Below, piece after piece: positions 1 to 8,730 of a DNA stretch of 64,000 bases. A program made the position numbers and the translations under genes. Source of the DNA: Clostridia bacterium (GTDB lineage: Bacteria > Bacillota > Clostridia > Oscillospirales > CAG-272); NCBI GenBank assembly GCA_017504995.1, contig JAFVQC010000007.1, positions 1,846-65,845 on the forward strand, read 5' to 3'. The stretch's first letter is position 1. Every line of letters begins with the position of its first letter. The notes beneath the pieces were generated by a model. It was not told where the DNA came from and made no database searches. It was given only the letters and a program-made list of their open reading frames with translations.

Positions 1-578
1 GCCGCGATCCGCACCACGTCAATCTCTGTCGCAAAATGCTCGGATACGTATTGAAGCACATCTTGAATATAGAAGGACGGCGTTCCGACCCGAAGGGCGT
101 TCTCCTTGGGGCAAAAATCAAACAGCTTGTGGACGAACAGCAAAAAGATCAACTCCCTTTGCTCCGCGCTCTTCCCGCTTCCCGTCTCCCATACACGAAG
201 CAGGTGGCGAAGCTCCTCCGCCTGCTCCTCGGTCAGCCGAAACAACAGACCCGTGTTTCGCTCCAACAACGCCGAAGGGATAAAGCGGGCATCGAAGGAC
301 TGCAAGGTTTTCTTTCCGAAATAGAAAACATATCGGTCGTACGACTTTGCCGTAGGATCAACGCAGGACATGGAATGCACGGTATAAGGTGTGGAAAGAA
401 TGGCACACGGATAGCGATACACGTATTCCATACCGTTGATCACCGAGTTCTGCTCCACGTTTTCGGGGCAAAAATAAAGCTCGTATTGCGGATGGGTGTG
501 GGTATAAGGCATCACGGAAAGTCCCGTGAAATGATCAATAACCAAATCCATTCCCATATCCGAAAGAAATCCCGACAT
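1..578 (-). CDS. AraC family transcriptional regulator (partial; C-terminal HTH continues past the left edge)
   Basis: Own reverse-strand reading: ATG at 578-576 behind an AGGAAGGAGAG RBS, and the frame stays open to position 1. MSGFLSDMGMDLVIDHFTGLSVMPYTHTHPQYELYFCPENV... is a cupin-like sensor; ...FYIQDVLQYVSEHFATEIDVVRIA is the start of the AraC HTH. It is absent from the ORF track because there is no stop in the window. It supersedes + ORF 36..713. Confidence 0.75.
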   Translation of the reverse strand, partial: MSGFLSDMGMDLVIDHFTGLSVMPYTHTHPQYELYFCPENVEQNSVINGMEYVYRYPCAILSTPYTVHSMSCVDPTAKSYDRYVFYFGKKTLQSFDARFIPSALLERNTGLLFRLTEEQAEELRHLLRVWETGSGKSAEQRELIFLLFVHKLFDFCPKENALRVGTPSFYIQDVLQYVSEHFATEIDVVRIA

Positions 579-827
579 ATCGTCTCTCCTTCCTACCTTA
601 TCATTATAACAAGCTTTTCGTCCGTTTACAATCCAATATCTCGCCATCTTTGGAGCAAACACTGCGATTTTTCGTCATTTTTCAATAGAAACGAAAGAAA
701 AGCAGGATCATAAATACGCTTTTTGTGATTTGATTATAATACATCTCCCATCCAAAGTCAAGAGATTCGCCAAAAAACCGAAAATCTTTTTCAAGAAAAA
801 TAAAATTTAATTTTTTTCAAAAAAGTG

Positions 828-856
828 TTGACAAAGGAATCGCGTTGTGTTATAAT
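828..856 (+). promoter_or_regulatory. SigA-type promoter for the tRNA-Thr/tRNA-Tyr pair
   Basis: TTGACA (828-833), 17-nt spacer, TATAAT (851-856). The first tRNA starts 32 nt downstream. Confidence 0.7.
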
Positions 857-887
857 ATATACCGTTCCGATAAATATCGAGCGAAAT

Positions 888-962
888 GCTGGTGTGGCTC
901 AATGGCAGAGCAGCTGATTTGTAATCAGCAGGTTGATGGTTCGACTCCGTTCACCAGCTCCA
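888..962 (+). tRNA. tRNA-Thr (anticodon UGU)
   Basis: Hand-folded cloverleaf: acceptor GCTGGTG/CACCAGC, D arm GCTC..GAGC, anticodon stem GCTGA/TCAGC with loop TTTGTAA, T loop TTCGACT, encoded CCA. Confidence 0.85.
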
Positions 963-990
963 GCGGTTTCGCGAAGCGGAACCGTAATTT

Positions 991-1075
991 GGGGGATTTC
1001 CCGAGCGGCCAAAGGGGGCAGACTGTAAATCTGTTGTCACTGACTTCGGTGGTCCGAATCCACCATCCCCCACCA
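991..1075 (+). tRNA. tRNA-Tyr (anticodon GUA), long variable arm
   Basis: Acceptor GGGGGAT/ATCCCCC, anticodon loop CTGTAAA, long variable arm, T arm GGTGG-TCCGAAT-CCACC, encoded CCA. Confidence 0.85.
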
Positions 1076-1079
1076 AAAA

Positions 1080-1108
1080 AGCACTTGCTTCTGCAAGTGC
1101 TTTTTTTA
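1080..1108. terminator. Bidirectional rho-independent terminator (tRNA operon / convergent AraC gene)
   Basis: GCACTTGC-TTCT-GCAAGTGC hairpin flanked by an A-run upstream and a T-run downstream. Confidence 0.8.
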
Positions 1109-1115
1109 TCCAAAA

Positions 1116-2078
1116 TTACATCTCGTCCTCCGATACTGCCAAAACCGAATTCTTGTACTCCGTGGGGCTCATACCCGTATACTTGCGAAACACCCGAAAG
1201 AAGTGATGGGAATCGTAAAAATTCAGAACGGCGGCGATCATATTAAAAGTAGATTCGTTATCCGCGATCATACGCTTGGCTGCCTCGATTTTTTTGTAAA
1301 GGATAAAATCCTTCGGCGACATACCAAAAGAGGAAGTAAACATACGGTACAAGGTACTGGAGCTGATGTAAAAATACTCCACAAGATCGGTCACGTGAAG
1401 ATCCAGACAAATATTCTGCTCGATGTAGCGTACGATCCGATCCCGTTGAGACAGAGTATTCACTTCATTTTTTCGCTCTCGGTCGATCAACAAAAACAAA
1501 TCGAGAATCCGTTGCATAATATACGCCAGCATCATCTCGGAATCCGCGGGAGTAGCCGCCCTGATCTTATCGTGGATCGCTTCCATCACCTGACCGCCTT
1601 CCTGTCCGAGGTGAATCACCACGTAAGGGTTGTCCTGAAAGATCAGCGGTGCCATGGCGTTGAGAAACGTACCTCTGACGTTGATCCACTTTTTTTCAAA
1701 GGGATCTTTTTCATCGGCATAATACCGATGGGAATGACGGCAATCCACGAGGTACACGTCTCCATCGCAAACAGGCGTGCGAACGCCCTTGGCTTCGATA
1801 TATCCCTTCCCCGCGGTAACGTATTCGATGACGAAAAGATTGTTATAGGGATTACGGATATCTCCCCTGCGGCTGATCAGATAGTTCTCGTCCGAATAGG
1901 TAATTCCCGCCAGCTCCAAATAAAACAAGGGAAGCTCGTTACAAATAAATTTATTTGCCCAGATCAGCTCTTCTCTGTCGCGGTCGATCCTTGAAATTTG
2001 CCCCTTCACACGAAAATCCGACTGACCCCGCGCCTTTCCCGTAATTCGTTCGGAAAGCGGTTTTTGTTCAAGCTTCAT
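1116..2078 (-). CDS. AraC family transcriptional regulator
   Basis: 320 aa. Cupin-like N-terminus and a C-terminal double HTH (LHVTDLVEYFYISSSTLYRMFTSSFGMSPKDF...YDSHHFFRVFRKYTGMSPTEYK). Confidence 0.85.
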   Translation of the reverse strand: MKLEQKPLSERITGKARGQSDFRVKGQISRIDRDREELIWANKFICNELPLFYLELAGITYSDENYLISRRGDIRNPYNNLFVIEYVTAGKGYIEAKGVRTPVCDGDVYLVDCRHSHRYYADEKDPFEKKWINVRGTFLNAMAPLIFQDNPYVVIHLGQEGGQVMEAIHDKIRAATPADSEMMLAYIMQRILDLFLLIDRERKNEVNTLSQRDRIVRYIEQNICLDLHVTDLVEYFYISSSTLYRMFTSSFGMSPKDFILYKKIEAAKRMIADNESTFNMIAAVLNFYDSHHFFRVFRKYTGMSPTEYKNSVLAVSEDEM

Positions 2079-2084
2079 CTACGC

Positions 2085-2816
2085 TCATTCCTCCATTATC
2101 AGAGGCTCAACAGGCAAATCGAGTTCTTCATTTGCATCTGTTTTTTTCTTTTTCTCTTTTTCCTTCTGCTTATCCTTTTCCTTTTTTTGCTTCTCTTTTT
2201 CCTTGTCCTTGTCTTTTTCCTTTTCTTTCTCTTTATCCTTCTTTTCCTCGGGTTCTTCTTCGGGAACGGGATAGGCTTCGTCGATCATTGCCTGTGCGGT
2301 CTGCCGCAAAAACGCGCTCAAGGAAAGCAAGCTACCCACGGTGAGCATAAAGTCCCGATCGTCAGACACCTCCAAGGAATGCTTTTTCAAAAGCGCATCC
2401 ATGATTTCCACGGCATAGGCGCGATTATCCCGTTTGATCGAAAGATATTCGTCATAAAGACGGATCAGATCCTCTCCGCCAAAGCCCTCGCACGCATACG
2501 CGCCGTCCAGCAACCGTTTGATCTCTCCGATGGACAGGGTATTCTTCAAGGTATAAACCGTCAGCATTTGAACGATCTGCTCCTTGTTGTATTTCTTTCC
2601 CTTCACGGGGGTGATCAAGCCGTCCTTGGAATAGTTGTTGATCATGGTTTTGGTCAACTGTCTTTCACGATACCGCGCAGAACCCTCCTTCTGCTTTTCT
2701 GCCACCAGATTGATGATCTGGTCTACGTACAGATCGATGGCGGGAATGTCGGAAGAACGAAGCTCCTCCTCCCGAACGGCATCTTCGGCAATTTCAAAAA
2801 GTCTTTGACGATCCAT
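2085..2816 (-). CDS. DUF1836-like DNA-binding protein with a Lys/Glu-rich C-terminal tail
   Basis: DLYVDQIINLV...LTKTMINNYSKDGLITPVKGKKYNKEQIVQML resembles DUF1836. The last ~55 aa are low-complexity KEKEKDK repeats. Confidence 0.7.
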   Translation of the reverse strand: MDRQRLFEIAEDAVREEELRSSDIPAIDLYVDQIINLVAEKQKEGSARYRERQLTKTMINNYSKDGLITPVKGKKYNKEQIVQMLTVYTLKNTLSIGEIKRLLDGAYACEGFGGEDLIRLYDEYLSIKRDNRAYAVEIMDALLKKHSLEVSDDRDFMLTVGSLLSLSAFLRQTAQAMIDEAYPVPEEEPEEKKDKEKEKEKDKDKEKEKQKKEKDKQKEKEKKKKTDANEELDLPVEPLIMEE

Positions 2817-2926
2817 GTTTTTCTCCTTGATTTAGTATTTAATACTATTATACACTTTTTTTAAGAGTATGTAAAGTGTTTTTTCATTTTTTCTTTTTTG
2901 TTTTTTAAGGATTCTTGCCCAAGGGC

Positions 2927-2955
2927 TTGCCATATCACCGATTTTATGGTATAAT
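2927..2955 (+). promoter_or_regulatory. SigA-type promoter (extended -10)
   Basis: TTGCCA (2927-2932), 17-nt spacer, TGgTATAAT (2947-2955). Confidence 0.6.
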
Positions 2956-2988
2956 AAAAAAGGATACGAACCGTTCATGGAGGAAGTT

Positions 2989-3540
2989 ATGAATCATTTA
3001 CAAAGCTACGAGAGAATTCTTCCCATTCGCGCAAGGGGCAAGCAGTTGTCCCTCGTGATTTCCCTTCTTCTGCTCTATGCGCTGGTCGCGGCGACGGGAG
3101 GCGTGATCTTTCTGAACACCCTCAATCCATCTGTGGCGCTGTTGACCTTTCTCATCACACTTACCCTCGTGCTGTTTACGAAAAAATATCTACACACCGA
3201 ATACGAGTACGCCTTCGTGGGCGGCAGACTGACGGTTGCGAGGATTTACGGAAAGCGCTCACGAAAAACCGTCGTAGACGTAGATATGTCCCAACTTCTT
3301 TTGGTGGACTACGACGGCAAGCGCGCTCGAGAGGCGGTATTGAGAATGAATCCCGAAGAAACCGTCGTAGCGCTCTCCACCCCCAATGCCTCTCCTACGC
3401 TGCTGTTTTTGTGGGAAGAAAACAAAAAGAAACGAAAGCTGCTTTGTATCGAATCGGATCAGCGAACCGAGGAGCTTCTTCGGCGAAATTATCCTCACGT
3501 CTGTTCCGCCGAACTGCGAAGAGGAATCCAACCATCATAA
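2989..3540 (+). CDS. Hypothetical membrane protein (two N-terminal TM helices)
   Basis: Frame of track ORF 2977..3540. I prefer ATG 2989 because GGAGG (2979-2983) sits 5 nt upstream. The hydrophobic stretches are LSLVISLLLLYALVAATGGVIFL and ALLTFLITLTLVLF. No family recognised with confidence. Confidence 0.6.
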   Translation: MNHLQSYERILPIRARGKQLSLVISLLLLYALVAATGGVIFLNTLNPSVALLTFLITLTLVLFTKKYLHTEYEYAFVGGRLTVARIYGKRSRKTVVDVDMSQLLLVDYDGKRAREAVLRMNPEETVVALSTPNASPTLLFLWEENKKKRKLLCIESDQRTEELLRRNYPHVCSAELRRGIQPS

Positions 3541-3552
3541 AGGAGGCACGCT

Positions 3553-4101
3553 ATGCTGGACTATGAAAACTATCCCATTATCGCCGCAGTAAAAAGCGGC
3601 GCGGATTTCGATGCCGCGCTGGAATCCGAGGTGCAGACCGTCTTTTTGCTCAGCTCCAATATTATGGACATCGACACGCTGGTTGCCCGCGCCCACACCA
3701 AGGGAAAGCTGTTGTTCATTCACATGGATTTTGTAGACGGCTTAAGCAAGGATGCCGCAGGCGTCCGCTATCTTGCCACCAAGGGCGTAGACGGCGTTAT
3801 CAGTACCCGTTCCCACATCGTCGGAACGGCAAAGGAAGCAGGCCTTTTATGCGTACAGCGTTGCTTCATGATCGACTCCCGATCGGTGGATACGGCGCTG
3901 GAAAGCATTCGTCAGTCCAAGGCGGACATGGTGGAGATCATGCCGGGAATTGCCTACAAATCCATTCAGCGAATCCAAAAAAGCGTGAACATTCCCATCA
4001 TCGCGGGCGGACTTGTAGAGTTCCGCGAGGAAATTTATCAAGCCCTCAACGCAGGCGCGTCCATGGTTTCCACAGGCAAAGCCGAGCTTTGGAACGAATA
4101 A
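3553..4101 (+). CDS. glpP: Glycerol-3-phosphate responsive antiterminator GlpP family
   Basis: 182 aa, collinear with B. subtilis GlpP as I recall it: PIIAAV..., FIHMDFVDGL, DGVISTR, MVEIMPG, IPIIAGGL. Confidence 0.8.
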   Translation: MLDYENYPIIAAVKSGADFDAALESEVQTVFLLSSNIMDIDTLVARAHTKGKLLFIHMDFVDGLSKDAAGVRYLATKGVDGVISTRSHIVGTAKEAGLLCVQRCFMIDSRSVDTALESIRQSKADMVEIMPGIAYKSIQRIQKSVNIPIIAGGLVEFREEIYQALNAGASMVSTGKAELWNE

Positions 4102-4174
4102 AAAAGTCCATACGGCAATCTGATATAAGGCAATGTCCGATAAAGAACTTTTTGCGAACGCATCTCTTAAAAAT

Positions 4175-4254
4175 GTAGGGACCGGCGTCCTCGACGGTCC
4201 ATGTTGATTCAATATAAATGCTTCGTTTGGACCGTCGAGGACGCCGATCCCTAC
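4175..4254. repeat. REP-like dyad (two GTAGGG-headed palindromes, heads outward)
   Basis: GTAGGGACCGGCGTCCTCGACGGTCCA (4175-4201) and its inverted copy TGGACCGTCGAGGACGCCGATCCCTAC (4228-4254), 26 bp apart. Confidence 0.85.
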
Positions 4255-4280
4255 AAAAGGTTAAGCGAAAAGTCTAACAA

Positions 4281-4329
4281 GATAGCGTAGCCGTGAGAAA
4301 TTTCTCATAGCTACGCTATCTTTGTTTTA
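4281..4329. terminator. Bidirectional terminator, GCGTAGC-family hairpin
   Basis: GATAGCGTAGC-cgtgagaaatttctcata-GCTACGCTATC followed by CTTTGTTTT. It lies between convergent glpP and the DUF4349 gene. Confidence 0.7.
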
Positions 4330-4381
4330 CTTCACTATTGTCCTTTCTTCCTTATCGCAGGTCGCCGTACGGGTCAATTTT

Positions 4382-5335
4382 TCACTCTGTTTTTTCTTTT
4401 CCTGCGGCTTTTTCTTGTTTCTTCGCTTTGCGCCGTTTTTTACCCCAAAGGATCAGCGTCACGCACGCGCCGCCCAGCAGGGCAAGAACGATCAGCGTGG
4501 GGAAGGCGTACACGAACCAGATCGCCGCATCCTTCCAGAATTCCACGAAGGAATCCCAGCTTTCGCTCACTGCTTTTTTGAAGCGCTCACCAAAGCCGTT
4601 CCCCGCAGGCACAACGGTCAGATCAAGCACCTCGCAAAGCTCCATCGTCACCGTGGAATACGCGACCTTTTTGTCGTACACCTTCAGCATCGTCCGATAG
4701 GACTCGATCTCATAGATCACCTCGTAAAGCCGTTCCTCTACGGTGATCATATTGCTTACGCTGGTAGACTGGGACAGCATCTTTTCCAGCACCTGTCTCT
4801 CGGTCTCCAATACACTGAGGCGCGCTTCAATGTCGTAATATTCCCCGCTGATATCCGAAGCCGTGGTGGAAGATGAGGTCACGTTGACAAGTGTCCCCGT
4901 CACGGAGAGAAATTCGTCCAGCCGATCGGCGGGAATCCGCAAGGAAAGGGTGGCGCGGTGCGTGCCCTGACCGTTTCGGGTATTGTAGTTTCCTTCGCTC
5001 ACGTCCGAGGACTCCACGTAGCCCCCAAGACTCGCCACGTTTTCCTCGATCTGCCCCATCGCCCGATCAAACTCCTTCGTCTCGGCGTAAAGCTTTGCCG
5101 TTCGAATGATCTTCGTCTCGTACGCCTCTCCGCCGTCCTGCAAGGACGAGCCGATCTCATCCTTGTTCATCAAGGAGGGATTGGCAGAGCCGCTTGCCTG
5201 CTCGGCAGACATCGTTTCCGTCGGCAGCTTAAGATCCTCTGCCGCGTCGTTGCTTTTCGCGCAAGAGCAAAGCAACGTCAAGCACAATACAAGCGCCGTC
5301 AAAAAAGCAAATCCCGTTCTCATTCGTTTTTTCAT
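4382..5335 (-). CDS. DUF4349-like lipoprotein
   Basis: Lipoprotein signal peptide (LTALVLCLTLLCSC), coiled-coil middle region, C-terminal TM helix. The overall pattern resembles DUF4349. Confidence 0.7.
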   Translation of the reverse strand: MKKRMRTGFAFLTALVLCLTLLCSCAKSNDAAEDLKLPTETMSAEQASGSANPSLMNKDEIGSSLQDGGEAYETKIIRTAKLYAETKEFDRAMGQIEENVASLGGYVESSDVSEGNYNTRNGQGTHRATLSLRIPADRLDEFLSVTGTLVNVTSSSTTASDISGEYYDIEARLSVLETERQVLEKMLSQSTSVSNMITVEERLYEVIYEIESYRTMLKVYDKKVAYSTVTMELCEVLDLTVVPAGNGFGERFKKAVSESWDSFVEFWKDAAIWFVYAFPTLIVLALLGGACVTLILWGKKRRKAKKQEKAAGKEKTE

Positions 5336-5485
5336 TCTTCTATCCTCCGTTCCTTTGGCGTTTTTTCCGCCTCTACCCCAATAGTCGCCGTTTCCTTGAA
5401 AAGGTTACAAAAAAGCAAAATTTTTCTTCAAAAATTTTTTTGAATAGCTTTTTTCATAAATTTCAAAAAAAATTTCAAAAAGCCC

Positions 5486-5514
5486 TTGACAAAATCCAAT
5501 TCCTTTGGTATAAT
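5486..5514 (+). promoter_or_regulatory. Consensus SigA promoter (extended -10) for tRNA-Thr(GGU)
   Basis: TTGACA (5486-5491), 17-nt spacer, TGgTATAAT (5506-5514). Confidence 0.75.
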
Positions 5515-5533
5515 AACAAAGTCGCATGGCGAT

Positions 5534-5609
5534 GCTGGTATGGCTCAGTCGGTAGAGCACGTCATTGGTAATGACGAGGTCATCAGTTCGATTCTGATTA
5601 CCAGCTCCA
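5534..5609 (+). tRNA. tRNA-Thr (anticodon GGU)
   Basis: Acceptor GCTGGTA/TACCAGC, D arm GCTC-AGTCGGT-AGAGC, anticodon stem CGTCA/TGACG with loop TTGGTAA, T arm ATCAG-TTCGATT-CTGAT, encoded CCA. Confidence 0.9.
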
Positions 5610-5610
5610 A

Positions 5611-5643
5611 AGTCCGAAGATGTCTGTCTTCGGACTTTTCTTT
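5611..5643 (+). terminator. Rho-independent terminator after tRNA-Thr
   Basis: AGTCCGAAGA-tgtctg-TCTTCGGACT followed by TTTTCTTTC. Confidence 0.75.
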
Positions 5644-5654
5644 CAAAAGCATTT

Positions 5655-5920
5655 CACTTGTCAAACGCATAGACGGGGAGTAGTACGAAATCCTCTCGGG
5701 CAAAGAGAACGGACGGTTGGTGTGAGTCCGCGCCGAGAGCTTCGGAAGTCGCCTCCGAGTGGTATGAGTCAAGGAAGCTCCCTTCCCCAGCTCATAACGG
5801 TTGCCGCCGTTATCGGTGTGAATCCGTCACGGATTCCTTGAGATTCTTTTCGCGAGAGAAGAAAAGTCAGGTGGTACCGCGTGCTCCACGCCCTGATACG
5901 GGTGGTGGAGTTTTTCTTTT
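5655..5920 (+). promoter_or_regulatory. T-box leader (tRNA-sensing riboswitch) controlling valS; candidate GUC (Val) specifier
   Basis: Stem I elements GGGGAGTAGTA and AGAGA, plus distal GGTGTGAG. GAA-GTC-G in the putative specifier loop (GTC at 5748-5750). T-box sequence AGGTGGTACCGCG (5869-5881). Terminator CTCCACGCCC...GGGTGGTGGAG + TTTTT (5884-5918). Confidence 0.85.
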
Positions 5921-5955
5921 TGTATTTTATTATTTATGATATATGGAGGTCAATT

Positions 5956-8601
5956 ATGAATTCCTACAACGAACTGCCGAAGGTCTATTCCCCTTCGGAC
6001 TTTGAGGATCGCATCTATCAGAATTGGTGCGACAAAGGATACTTTACCCCCGACGTAAAGAATCCCGCCCCCTCGTTCTCGGTGGTCATTCCGCCCCCCA
6101 ACGTAACGGGTCAACTCCACATGGGGCATGCGCTGGACGAGACCCTACAGGACATTCTGGTGCGCTATAAAAGAATGCAGGGCTTCAACACCCTGTGGGT
6201 CCCCGGTACGGACCATGCGGGAATCGCCACGCAGATCAAGGTGGAGGAGCAGCTCCGTGTCAACGAGGGCTTGACCCGCTACGATCTGGGACGGGACAAA
6301 TTCCTTGAGCGAGTATGGGGTTGGAAGCACCAATACGGCAATCGCATCATCAGCCAGCTCAAAAAGCTGGGCGCGTCCTGCGACTGGACAAGAGAGCGCT
6401 TTACCATGGACGAGGGCTGCTCCCGCGCTGTCCGCGAGGTATTCGTCAATCTCTACGACAAGGGCTTGATCTACCGCGGAAACCGCATCATCAACTGGTG
6501 TCCTCACTGCATTACCGCCCTGTCTGACGCAGAGGTGGAATATGCGGAGCAGGACGGTCATTTCTGGCATATCAAGTATCCCATCAAGGGCGAGGATGGC
6601 TTCGTGGAAGTGGCTACTACCCGTCCCGAAACCATGTTCGGAGATACCGCCGTGGCGGTCAACCCCAACGACGAGGCAACCAAGCACCTCATCGGCAAGA
6701 CCCTGATCCTTCCCATCGTCAACCGCGAGATCCCCGTCATTGCCGACGAGTACGTAGAGATCGGCTTCGGAACGGGCTGTGTGAAGATCACACCCGCCCA
6801 TGACCCCAACGACTTCCTCGTGGGTCAGCGCCATGACCTCGAACAGATCAAGGTCATGAACGACGACGCTACCATGAACGCCTACGCGGGCAAATACGAG
6901 GGTATGGATCGCTATGCCTGCCGCAAAGCCTTGATTGCGGACTTGGAAGCCGAAGGCTATCTCATCAAGACCGTTCCCCACAAGCACAACGTTGGCTCTT
7001 GCTACCGTTGCGGCACGACGGTAGAGCCTCTGACCTCCAATCAATGGTTCGTCAAAATGGAGCCTCTCGCCAAGCCTGCCCTTGAGGTGGTTCGCGACGG
7101 AACGGTGAAGTTCGTACCCGAACGCTTCAGCAAGATCTACGTCAACTGGATGGAAAACGTCCACGACTGGTGTATCTCCCGTCAGCTTTGGTGGGGTCAC
7201 CGTATTCCCGCCTTCTACTGCGACAAGTGCGGCAAGACTACCGTTTCCAAGGAAGATATCACCGTCTGCCCCGACTGCGGCGGTTCGGTCAAGCAGGAAA
7301 ACGACGTGCTTGACACTTGGTTCTCCTCTGCCCTGTGGCCCTTCTCTACCATGGGTTGGCCCGATCAGACCGAGGAGCTTGCCAAATATTATCCCACCAG
7401 CGCTCTCGTCACGGGCTACGATATCATCTTCTTCTGGGTGGCTCGTATGATCTTCTCGGGTCTGGAGCACATGGGAAAAGAGCCATTCTCCACCGTCTTT
7501 ATCCACGGTCTGGTTCGTGATGCCCAGGGACGGAAAATGTCCAAGTCTCTCGGCAACGGCATCGACCCCTTGGAGATCATTGAAAAATACGGCGCGGACG
7601 CCCTTCGTTACGCGCTGGCAACGGGCAACTCCCCCGGAAACGATATGCGCTTCTCGGACGAAAAGATCGAGGCGGCAAGAAACTTCGCCAACAAGCTCTG
7701 GAATGCCTCCCGATTCGTCCGCATGAATCTGACCATTGACGAAATCAAGCTCCCCGCTACCGAGGAGCTGACGGCAGAGGACAAGTGGATTCTCCACGAG
7801 TTCAATAAGCTGACGGCAAGCGTTACCGCGTCGTTGGATAAATACGAGGTTGGCGTCGCGCTGGCTTCGATCTACGACTTTACCTGGGACGTATTCTGCG
7901 ACTGGTATATTGAGCTGACCAAGACAAGACTGAACGATAAAGAATCCGCCTCCAACAAGGTTGCCCAAAACGTGTTGGCGTACGTGCTGACGGGCACATT
8001 GAAGCTCCTGCACCCCTTTATGCCCTTCATTACCGAGGAGATTTATCAGTCCCTTCCCCACAACGACGAAAGCATCATGATCTCCGCTTATCCCAAGTTC
8101 AACGACGCTTTGGTGTTCGAGTCTGACGCCGAGAAAATGAGCCGTGTGATCACGGCGATCAAGGCGATCCGCGCACGCCGCAATGAAATGAACGTGCCCC
8201 CCTCCCGCAAGGCAAAGGTTTATATCGGAACGAAATACACCGACGCCTTCAACGAAAGCACCGCCGTGTTCTTCACCCGTCTGGCTTCCGCCTCCGAGGT
8301 AGAGATCGCCGCCGGCTTTGAGGACGTGCTTTCCGCCGATGACGCCGTGCAGATCGTAACCGAATCCGCCACCATTCTCCTTCCTCTGTCCGATATCGTT
8401 GATACGGAAAAAGAGATCGCCAGACTGGAAGCCGAGCAGAAGAAGCTGACGGGTGAGATCGAGCGCTTGGAAAAGAAGCTTTCCAACGAAGGCTTCGTAG
8501 CAAAAGCGCCTGCCGCCGTGGTTGACGGTGAGAGAGCAAAGCTGGCAAAATACAAGGAAAATCTCGTGGGTGTCGTTGCCGCCTTGGCAAAGATGAAATA
8601 A
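5956..8601 (+). CDS. valS: Valine--tRNA ligase
   Basis: 881 aa from ATG 5956 (RBS TGGAGGT 5944-5950). HIGH-type motif [18 protein letters not shown]-terminal coiled coil. The track start 5881 lies inside the T-box terminator. Confidence 0.95.
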   Translation: MNSYNELPKVYSPSDFEDRIYQNWCDKGYFTPDVKNPAPSFSVVIPPPNVTGQLHMGHALDETLQDILVRYKRMQGFNTLWVPGTDHAGIATQIKVEEQLRVNEGLTRYDLGRDKFLERVWGWKHQYGNRIISQLKKLGASCDWTRERFTMDEGCSRAVREVFVNLYDKGLIYRGNRIINWCPHCITALSDAEVEYAEQDGHFWHIKYPIKGEDGFVEVATTRPETMFGDTAVAVNPNDEATKHLIGKTLILPIVNREIPVIADEYVEIGFGTGCVKITPAHDPNDFLVGQRHDLEQIKVMNDDATMNAYAGKYEGMDRYACRKALIADLEAEGYLIKTVPHKHNVGSCYRCGTTVEPLTSNQWFVKMEPLAKPALEVVRDGTVKFVPERFSKIYVNWMENVHDWCISRQLWWGHRIPAFYCDKCGKTTVSKEDITVCPDCGGSVKQENDVLDTWFSSALWPFSTMGWPDQTEELAKYYPTSALVTGYDIIFFWVARMIFSGLEHMGKEPFSTVFIHGLVRDAQGRKMSKSLGNGIDPLEIIEKYGADALRYALATGNSPGNDMRFSDEKIEAARNFANKLWNASRFVRMNLTIDEIKLPATEELTAEDKWILHEFNKLTASVTASLDKYEVGVALASIYDFTWDVFCDWYIELTKTRLNDKESASNKVAQNVLAYVLTGTLKLLHPFMPFITEEIYQSLPHNDESIMISAYPKFNDALVFESDAEKMSRVITAIKAIRARRNEMNVPPSRKAKVYIGTKYTDAFNESTAVFFTRLASASEVEIAAGFEDVLSADDAVQIVTESATILLPLSDIVDTEKEIARLEAEQKKLTGEIERLEKKLSNEGFVAKAPAAVVDGERAKLAKYKENLVGVVAALAKMK

Positions 8602-8621
8602 TCGACACCTGATAAAAGCAA

Positions 8622-8668
8622 AGAAGCGTAGCCATGAGAAATTTCACGGCTACGCTTCTTTTTTCTTT
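8622..8668 (+). terminator. valS terminator, GCGTAGC-family hairpin
   Basis: AGAAGCGTAGCC-atgagaaatttcac-GGCTACGCTTCT followed by TTTTTTCTTT. Confidence 0.8.
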
Positions 8669-8675
8669 GATTTAT

Positions 8676-8713
8676 GACAAAATCGGCTGTTACCTTAAAG
8701 GGTAACAGCCGAT
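8676..8713 (-). terminator. Terminator of the sugar ABC ATPase gene
   Basis: ATCGGCTGTTACC-ttaaag-GGTAACAGCCGAT. On the minus strand it is followed by TTTTG. Confidence 0.7.
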
Positions 8714-8730
8714 GATTCGTTATGTATGGC

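Noticed and set aside
36-713. 225-aa plus-strand ORF at the left edge.
   Set aside because: The translation is low-complexity and Arg/Leu-rich. The opposite strand encodes a clean AraC-type N-terminal domain with a strong RBS at 579-590.
2130-2270. Repetitive AAG/GAA-rich DNA that looks like a tandem repeat or possible array.
   Set aside because: It is in frame within the DUF1836-like gene and encodes a KEKEKDK low-complexity tail. It has no spacer/repeat periodicity.
5881-5955. N-terminal extension of valS given by the ORF track (start 5881).
   Set aside because: The extension translates the T-box terminator and its T-run. The first ATG with an RBS (5956) gives the canonical ValRS N-terminus.
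6145-8061. 638-aa ORF antisense to valS. Similar long antisense or shadow ORFs in the track are 10892..12499, 12873..14333, 15379..16857, 16553..18058, 19320..20576, 24456..26258, 32225..33853, 34391..35494, 39589..40584, 46250..47611, 49294..50598, 54065..55783 and 61839..63896.
   Set aside because: Each lies opposite a confidently recognised gene. The translations are Arg/Gly/His/Leu-rich with no recognisable motifs and no RBS. Long stop-free antisense frames are expected in GC-rich coding DNA.
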